DNA from: Sediminibacterium sp.
Lineage (GTDB): Bacteria > Bacteroidota > Bacteroidia > Chitinophagales > Chitinophagaceae
Assembly (NCBI GenBank): GCA_044354025.1
Contig: JBILAW010000001.1
Coordinates: forward strand, 1 to 57,533
Reading direction: 5' to 3'
Length of the DNA: 57,533 nucleotides
This document shows, in pieces, positions 52,501-57,533 of the stretch. Position 1 is the first letter of the stretch. Every line of letters begins with the position of its first letter. The notes under the pieces were generated by a model. It ran no database searches. It was not told the DNA's origin and saw only the letters and a program-made list of their open reading frames with translations. The position numbers were made by a program, and so were the translations under genes.

Positions 52501-54188
52501 TGGATACTGCTTTTTGTGTTGGGAATACATATCAACTTCGTTCTAGTGTAGCTCCAGAATATCAGTGGTTCAATACTGGCAATAGAATTTCAAATGCAAT
52601 TGGTCAATCCTTAACGGTTAATGCGACTGGTAACTACCAAGTAAGAACGACGAACAACAATTGCCAAGCTTTATCAATTCCAATTAAAATTGTTGTTAAT
52701 CCATTGCCACTTGCACCAAATATCCGTGACACATTTTATTGTAATAATTTAAAAGTGGACACCCTTAAGGCCTCAGCATTGACCAATCACAGTTTAATTT
52801 GGTATACTTCTGATTCTATCGGAAGAGTAGGCAATAATATTGCTTTAGTGCCTAATACAAGCAATATTGGAGTTGTAAATTATTTTGTTAGTCAAAAAAG
52901 TAATTTGACAAAATGCGAAAGTCCACTTGCTAAATTTAATATAACTATCAATCCAATTCCGAATAGTCCAGTAGTAAGAGATAGTACCTATTGTCAATAC
53001 GTTACAAATGCAAAATTACCAGCCACAAATATTTTAGGCCATGAACTGTTATGGTATGGATCAAATGCAACAGGGGGTACCGCTTCTAAAACTACATTAT
53101 TAGTATCGACCACAGATACGTCTACAAAAAATTATTTTGTAAGTCAGGTGAATACTTTAACTGGTTGTGAAAGTCCTAGAGTAAAAATCATTGCTAAAAT
53201 CACACAGGCCCCTGTCATACCTACTATAAAAGATGTATCCTATTGTTTTAATAGTCCTACTGATACTTTAAAAGCAACTGCAATAGATGCGCACGCTTTA
53301 AATTGGTACGATAAAGAATTTTTAGGTTTAAAATTAAATATGGCACCCATTCCTAATGCATTAAAAATTGGTCAAGAAATTTATTTTGTAAGCCAGACAT
53401 CCAATACAACTAACTGCGAAAGTTTAAGAGGTAAGCTGAGCGTAACCATCAATCCTTTACCAGTTAAGCCTGTTATAAAAGACACTTTTTATTGTCAAAA
53501 TATAGCTATAACTGACTCCCTTAAACCAGTATTATCAAGTGGGCATAGCGCAGTTTGGTATCAAGCAGATACTTTAGGAGCTGTTGCTAGTAATACTGCC
53601 CCTAAAATACAATCAAGTGTTTTAGGCTTTAAAAACTTTTTTGTAAGTCAAAAAAATAATTTGACAGGCTGCGAAGGAGATAAATCAAAATTAACAATTG
53701 AAATTAGAGCAAACCCGGCCACTCCAACTATCTACAGGGATTCTTTAAATTTTTTAGTCGCTAGTTTTACTTCAAATAATATTTGGTATAAAGAAGCCGG
53801 CTTATTGCAAGACACTGGGCAAAAAATAAAGCCTGTTACTTCAGGATCCTATACACTTAAAACAGTTCAATTTGGCTGTACTAGTCCTTTAAGTGCACCC
53901 TATTATTATTTTGTAACAAATATTTATGATTTAGGGAATAATGAGTTTATCAAGCTTGCTCCAAATCCATTCGCATATAAAATTATTTTAGACTTTTATC
54001 TTAAAAAGTATAACAAATTAAATATCGAAGTATTTAATTTAAGCTCAGGTATAAAAATTGATACTAGAATTAATTTAGAATCTGGCTCACCTTTGCAATT
54101 TAATAATTTACAAGCTGGAACATATTTATTCCGTGTTAGTTCATTTGATAATAAAATTGTCAAACAGTTTAAGTTGCTTAAACTATAA
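49506..54188 (+). CDS. Large T9SS (type A CTD) substrate: BNR/VPS10-like beta-propeller, two IPT/TIG domains, Ig-like repeats
   Basis: GPSNVSGRTR, multiple T.DGG..W Asp-boxes, HADQH, ATHGRG; ITIKGSNF and ITINGSNL; four repeats of about 84 aa (YC..WY..FVSQ..CE); APNPF..AGTY..KLLKL C-terminal domain. Confidence 0.88.
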   Translation: MNYKNSKYIFLIALIVFISINKYFNNKQSFQSLQQATRIEKATIVEHKSSVVKPEKKGTKKSIKKSINKIHQEDNFQAITGGIEDAFLQEFNKTMNLQLKRPTPEVLPEIIEQNFIKAQTQKTTYAIPGSSSSASWVELGPSNVSGRTRGLTWDPNDPTGKKVWAGGVSGGLWYNNDITNLNSSWNKVDDFWQTLSISKIVFDTINKKTAYVSTGEGFGARAGIGAGIWKTTDGGINWDKLSATNGFLYSNDMTIRTENNKSVIYAAIDANFYMGTFSSTTNVGLYRSADNGLTWTQTLPIIDSANTAKVPFAPASIQISKNNKIWVGTKASPNGNTNRGGGYILSSTNGTDWTVVKKFTVNNGYGRVSIAVAPSNANVIYAFVENNNKLENLYRSDDEGLTWVTLAKPKNDEYRTPADDFTRGQAWYDQAIAVDPNNPNTVMVGGIDLFKSTNGGTSWNQISKWYNWNAKYSYVHADQHAILYKPNSSTTALFANDGGVFYTNNIGAADTASVISHASKGYNVTQFYAAAIHPEIGKNFFLAGSQDNGTQRFTNPFFSNTTEVTGGDGAFCFIDQTNPKFQITSYVYNTYYLSSDSGKSFRQTLVDNDDIGSFINPATYDNNLHILYANSSNDDLVRVKNITSTPKLDYVSVPSLQSSVTALKVSPYNQLSTTIFLGTSNGNLLKVINADSIPSTTLIGGASFPKGSISCIEIGSSENELVVTFFNYGSKKIWYTSDGGKTWLDKMGDFPNIPVRWALFNPNKTPSQLILATELGIYATNNFLNTSPTWTQSNNGFANVRTDMLQLRNSDYHVIAATHGRGLYTSNAFSEGKPPILNSFSPKIGPSGSKITIKGSNFLATTEVRFGGLPAKSFTVDSDTIINAVVGLAYPGYVSVKTNGGIASLGGFSSNPPKITSFLPASGGNGIPITINGSNLSEITSLVIGGRLVKNFIIESSNRITAVIPDSTVNGKVIIQNDAFADSLSGFTTCATPAIINGVDTAFCVGNTYQLRSSVAPEYQWFNTGNRISNAIGQSLTVNATGNYQVRTTNNNCQALSIPIKIVVNPLPLAPNIRDTFYCNNLKVDTLKASALTNHSLIWYTSDSIGRVGNNIALVPNTSNIGVVNYFVSQKSNLTKCESPLAKFNITINPIPNSPVVRDSTYCQYVTNAKLPATNILGHELLWYGSNATGGTASKTTLLVSTTDTSTKNYFVSQVNTLTGCESPRVKIIAKITQAPVIPTIKDVSYCFNSPTDTLKATAIDAHALNWYDKEFLGLKLNMAPIPNALKIGQEIYFVSQTSNTTNCESLRGKLSVTINPLPVKPVIKDTFYCQNIAITDSLKPVLSSGHSAVWYQADTLGAVASNTAPKIQSSVLGFKNFFVSQKNNLTGCEGDKSKLTIEIRANPATPTIYRDSLNFLVASFTSNNIWYKEAGLLQDTGQKIKPVTSGSYTLKTVQFGCTSPLSAPYYYFVTNIYDLGNNEFIKLAPNPFAYKIILDFYLKKYNKLNIEVFNLSSGIKIDTRINLESGSPLQFNNLQAGTYLFRVSSFDNKIVKQFKLLKL

Positions 54189-54206
54189 TAAATATTCTTT
54201 TAATCT

Positions 54207-54242
54207 AAAATGGCAGTCTTTTTCCTAAGACTGCCATTTTTT
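54207..54242 (+). terminator. Intrinsic terminator of the T9SS gene
   Basis: AAAATGGCAGTCTT-tttcct-AAGACTGCCATTTT followed by TT. Confidence 0.85.
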
Positions 54243-54267
54243 AATCCAAGACTGCTGTCTTTTTAAT

Positions 54268-54348
54268 CCAAGACTGACAGTGCGAGCTTCGCTCGCACTG
54301 TCTTCTTCCGTATTGAACTTGGATCTAGTGTTTAGAAAACACCTATTC
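54268..54348 (-). repeat. tRNA-Arg-derived fragment (anticodon arm and T arm) with a 38-bp hairpin inserted in the T-loop
   Basis: 54315-54348 matches tRNA 55575-55608 with one mismatch (anticodon CCT to TCT); insert 54274-54311 contains the perfect stem GACAGTGCGAGC-ttc-GCTCGCACTGTC. Confidence 0.88.
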
Positions 54349-54351
54349 CCC

Positions 54352-54513
54352 GTTTTAAATATCCCAAAAAACATCAACCTTAATGCCAATGGCTTTTACC
54401 TTATCAAAGAGTCCTGTATTCTTATTAAGGGATTAAGCGGCTTAATGACCCAGAAAACCATTGCATTAGTGGAAATATTGGACCAAATATGCTTGGCTAG
54501 GAGCACTCAGTAA
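54352..54513 (+). pseudogene. 3' remnant of a paralog of the 42920-43525 gene
   Basis: 24/46 aa identical, ungapped, by manual alignment; no 5' part, abuts the tRNA fragment. Confidence 0.85.
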
Positions 54514-54644
54514 TTGTTGAAACTAGTGCGATAAGTTCTAAATCTTTACTAATAGAATTAATACAATATATTATATAAAAGAATTTATTTATATTTGTTT
54601 AAAATCTGTCCCCCAGCAGTTTAATTAATCTTTAAATTTTTTTT

Positions 54645-55253
54645 ATGAAAATTATCAAGTTAGGGTTGGTTACTGTATTCGTTTTATTATTTACTCAAGT
54701 TTTAATTGCTCAAAATTCATCAAACAAGTTTTCTTTTAGAGCTGGATTAAACTCTGCTCAGTTGGATTTTGGAGGATTTAAGATTGATCCAGTTATTGGA
54801 TTTAATATCGGCGCTTCATATGAGTTACTCAATCTTAGTGATAAAATAATTCTAAGACCAGAAATTATGTTTTCACAACAAGGTTTTAGTATTTTAAGTG
54901 AAGAATATGGAAACACTGGATATATTGATGTGAAGCAAAAAACTAATTTAAATTATTTGACTCTTCCAATTAATCTTGATTTTCAAATAGATAAGAAATT
55001 CTCAATCGTAGCTGGACCATACATAGGATTTTTATTAAATAAGAATTCATTTAAAGAGATCGATTTACAAGAAGATGATACAAAATCTACAGATTTTGGA
55101 TTCAATGCCGGAATAAACTATGCAATTAGTAATAAAATTAGATTAGACGTTAGATATTTAGCAGGATCTAATATTATAACATCAACTGGAGATTTCTTTG
55201 AACTAGAAGCAAGTAATAAGGTTTGGCAATTTGGTATAATTATCAAACCTTAA
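54645..55253 (+). CDS. Outer-membrane beta-barrel (porin family/PorT-like) protein
   Basis: Signal peptide, RAGLN, RPEIMFSQQG, LNYLTLP, AGPYIGFL, DVRY; TATATTTG promoter element at 54590-54597. Confidence 0.85.
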   Translation: MKIIKLGLVTVFVLLFTQVLIAQNSSNKFSFRAGLNSAQLDFGGFKIDPVIGFNIGASYELLNLSDKIILRPEIMFSQQGFSILSEEYGNTGYIDVKQKTNLNYLTLPINLDFQIDKKFSIVAGPYIGFLLNKNSFKEIDLQEDDTKSTDFGFNAGINYAISNKIRLDVRYLAGSNIITSTGDFFELEASNKVWQFGIIIKP

Positions 55254-55291
55254 TTTTTTATTTATAATTTCCATTTTCATCTATAAGTGAT

Positions 55292-55328
55292 AATAAAAAA
55301 GACCCTCTAAATGTGGGTCTTTTTTATT
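55292..55328. terminator. Bidirectional intrinsic terminator
   Basis: AATAAAAAAGACCC-9nt-GGGTCTTTTTTATT. Confidence 0.8.
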
Positions 55329-55370
55329 TTATAAATTTTCTTTAGAGATATGGCCCGCTGCGCGGGATTC

Positions 55371-55431
55371 TGCTCTCGCCAAGACTGACAGTACTCGCTT
55401 CGCTCGCACTGTCTTCTTCCGTATTGAACTT
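55371..55431 (-). repeat. tRNA-Arg 3'-end copy with the same 38-bp T-loop insert
   Basis: TGCTCTCGCCAAG versus tRNA TGGTCTCGCCAAG; 55379-55431 is 50/53 identical to 54268-54320. Confidence 0.88.
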
Positions 55432-55434
55432 ACT

Positions 55435-55557
55435 CAAACCCTCCGCAACAACCTTCGGTCGTTGCTGGTTTTATTTCTGCTCATTCGCTCAATCAAGCTA
55501 GCTTGTTTCGCGTCTTCGCAAAAATAAAACCCCCGCAGCTAAAGCTGCGAGGGTTTG
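55435..55557. repeat. 123-bp cruciform (REP/MITE-like) element abutting the tRNA 3' end
   Basis: Terminal inverted repeat CAAACCCTC/GAGGGTTTG enclosing three hairpin arms. Confidence 0.7.
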
Positions 55558-55629
55558 TGGTCTCGCCAAGAATCGAACTTGGATCTAGTGTTTAGGAAAC
55601 ACCTATTCTATCCATTGAACTACGGGACC
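55558..55629 (-). tRNA. tRNA-Arg(CCT)
   Basis: GGTCCCGTAGTTCAATGGATAGAATAGGTGTTTCCTAAACACTAGATCCAAGTTCGATTCTTGGCGAGACCA folds into a cloverleaf with anticodon CCT; CCA not encoded; TATTTTTG promoter element at 55691-55684. Confidence 0.93.
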
Positions 55630-55780
55630 ATCGAATCACTGGGATCCGAGTCTTAAATAGGCCAAAAGACCGTTTAAGGAGGACAAAAATAACTATTCTT
55701 TTTTAAGCACCCATACTTTATCCCTGCGGCTTATTATTATGCTATAATTTGGTATCTTCACAGCTCAAATCGACATCATT

Positions 55781-56437
55781 ATGGGCTTTTACAATATCAT
55801 TATCAAGTTTCGTTTTTGGTTAAGCTTAATTGCCATTTTTGGAGCGGGCACACTTCAATTAACCGACTTAGCTAATTTTTGGCCTGTTTTTCCATTGTAT
55901 ATGCTTGGTGTGATTGGCCTATTGAGTCATATTTTTATTGGGCCACTGCGTTTGGTGCAAGCGCCGATGGAAGCGGGTAATATCGAAGAAGTGGAGCGCA
56001 TTTTAGCGACCATCTGGTTTCCTAATTTATTGTACACGCCAGTAAGAAGCACTTACTATACCATTAAGGGCAATATCGCCATGGCAAAACAAGATTTTGA
56101 CACAGCCGAGAAGCACCTTAAAATGAGTAGCAGTCTTGGCTCAGCAATGCCTGAAGCGGAGGGTGCAAATAAATTACAATTAGGGATGATGTCGATGCAA
56201 AAAGGGGATACCAAGCAAGGCGAAGCCTATATACGTGCCGCTATTCGTGCGGGCATCCCAGACAAAGAATCCGAAGCAGTTGCTTATTTAAGCATGTGTC
56301 AAATTTTTATGAATAAGCGTGAGTTCCGAGCCGCTAAAGATTTCTTCCGCAAAGCAAAAGCTTGCAAGCCATCTACTAAGCAAGTGTTAGATCAGATTAA
56401 AGAAATTGAGAAATATATTTCTCGTATGCCTGGTTAA
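55781..56437 (+). CDS. Membrane-anchored tetratricopeptide-repeat protein
   Basis: Two N-terminal TM helices followed by about three TPR-like helical repeats. Confidence 0.75.
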   Translation: MGFYNIIIKFRFWLSLIAIFGAGTLQLTDLANFWPVFPLYMLGVIGLLSHIFIGPLRLVQAPMEAGNIEEVERILATIWFPNLLYTPVRSTYYTIKGNIAMAKQDFDTAEKHLKMSSSLGSAMPEAEGANKLQLGMMSMQKGDTKQGEAYIRAAIRAGIPDKESEAVAYLSMCQIFMNKREFRAAKDFFRKAKACKPSTKQVLDQIKEIEKYISRMPG

Positions 56438-56476
56438 AATATTATCTGCGGTTTACCCTTTCAATATTATTTAAAT

Positions 56477-56505
56477 AAAGGTCTCGAAAATTCGGGGCCT
56501 TTTTT
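56477..56505 (+). terminator. Intrinsic terminator between convergent genes
   Basis: AAAGGTCTCGAA-aa-TTCGGGGCCTTT followed by T residues (G-U pairs form on the + strand). Confidence 0.7.
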
Positions 56506-57457
56506 ATTGCACTAATATTTTTTCTATTGTTGGTGCAAAATGTTGATGTTCTAATACATGAATTTTATCTGCAACAGTTGTTGGTGTATCGCTAGGATCA
56601 ACAGCACAGCTTGCTTGAAAAATAATATCACCTTCGTCATAATGCGCATCTACCCAATGAATGGTGATGCCTGTTTCTTTTTCGCCTGCTGCCACCACTG
56701 CTTCGTGCACACGTGATCCATACATACCCTTGCCGCCATAATTAGGTAACAATGCAGGATGAATATTGATAATGCCCCTTGCAGTATTGACTTTTCCATT
56801 CACCAAACTTGAATCAATTTTCATCCCTGGTTGGTAGGCATGCACCAACACTTCCGGTACTTTCCATAAAAAGCCAGCGAGCACAATAAAATGAATATCT
56901 GCATTGTGTAGACTTTCTACATAGCCTGTACGCGCAAATTCTGCTTTATTGATCATTAAAGTGGGGATGCCTTTGGATTTTGCAATGTCTAATACCCCTG
57001 CACCTGGAACATTGCATACAATTAAGGAGATTTTAACCGGGGTGGACTTGTTTTCAAAGTATTCGATGATCTTTTTGGCATTGGATCCTGCCCCTGAGGC
57101 AAAAATCGCCACATGAATCGGGCTGGCCGGCGCTGATGGACTAGACCCCAAAGATACGCCGCCAATAGTTGAAGTCCCGCCGCTCAATCTACCCCACATC
57201 CTCCCTAAATATCCCTTAAAAAAGGTAAATTGCCCAGTTGCAAAACTCACGAAAATCACCGAAAAAGGCCATAAAATGGTCAATAATAGGGGATAAATGA
57301 GCCAATATGCCGCATTTTTCTCCAAAAACACCAAATTTAGGATTTGCTTATTTAGGTACCCGCTCAAGCTTCCTCCCAAGGCAAATGTGGTCATGATTAA
57401 CCAAAATTGTACCTGGCCAACGCCCCACTTTTGCTGTAATTTATTAATACTTTTCAT
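56504..57457 (-). CDS. purN: Phosphoribosylglycinamide formyltransferase with an N-terminal two-TM (DUF6787-like) domain
   Basis: AIFASGAGSNA, VLAGF, INIHPALLP, GITIHWV..YDEG, LEH; about 95-aa membrane domain and a Gly/Ser/Pro linker in frame. Confidence 0.88.
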   Translation of the reverse strand: MKSINKLQQKWGVGQVQFWLIMTTFALGGSLSGYLNKQILNLVFLEKNAAYWLIYPLLLTILWPFSVIFVSFATGQFTFFKGYLGRMWGRLSGGTSTIGGVSLGSSPSAPASPIHVAIFASGAGSNAKKIIEYFENKSTPVKISLIVCNVPGAGVLDIAKSKGIPTLMINKAEFARTGYVESLHNADIHFIVLAGFLWKVPEVLVHAYQPGMKIDSSLVNGKVNTARGIINIHPALLPNYGGKGMYGSRVHEAVVAAGEKETGITIHWVDAHYDEGDIIFQASCAVDPSDTPTTVADKIHVLEHQHFAPTIEKILVQ

Positions 57458-57533
57458 AATATAATCTATCGTTTCTCCCAAAATCCCCCCTCAAATCCTT
57501 TAATCCCCCCTCAAACCTTTAAATCTCATCCTC

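Noticed and set aside
54280-54513. 77-aa ORF as a real gene
   Set aside because: Its N-terminal part is translated hairpin and tRNA-fragment sequence; only the 3' part is a gene remnant
54227-55431. Short repeats as a CRISPR array or integron attC array
   Set aside because: Only two long copies 1.1 kb apart, no regular spacers, no cas or intI gene; the repeats derive from tRNA

Overview
This is an AT-rich Bacteroidota window, probably from a Chitinophagaceae-like organism (inferred from a T9SS C-terminal domain, TAnnTTTG promoters and gene content). About 42 kb is a surface-polysaccharide locus. It opens with a ligase-like gene, wzi, wcaJ, an SLBB export gene and wzz. A very AT-rich mosaic cassette follows, encoding pathways for dTDP-3-amino-3,6-dideoxyhexose, GDP-fucose and a ThDP-dependent branched-chain CDP-3,6-dideoxy sugar (yersiniose-like). 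The cassette also holds a non-canonical nonulosonic-acid module: pseB, an aminotransferase, a NeuB-type synthase, two SpsF-type cytidylyltransferases, three Gfo/Idh/MocA oxidoreductases, a cytoplasmic Asp-box protein, DUF218 and an orphan, with no recognisable PseG or PseH. Downstream are a frameshifted DUF218 gene, a stand-alone metacaspase with a secreted partner gene, a nonsense-interrupted phage-like gene, wbpM/capD, a collagen-like lipoprotein, a WecG-type glycosyltransferase and a large T9SS substrate. The right end has tRNA-Arg(CCT) followed by a cruciform element. Two tRNA-derived fragments, each with the same 38-bp insert in the T-loop, bracket a 1.1-kb segment carrying an outer-membrane barrel gene and a relic paralog of the metacaspase partner. 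The window ends with a TPR gene and a membrane-domain-PurN fusion. Family assignments come from motif recognition by eye, not database searches.
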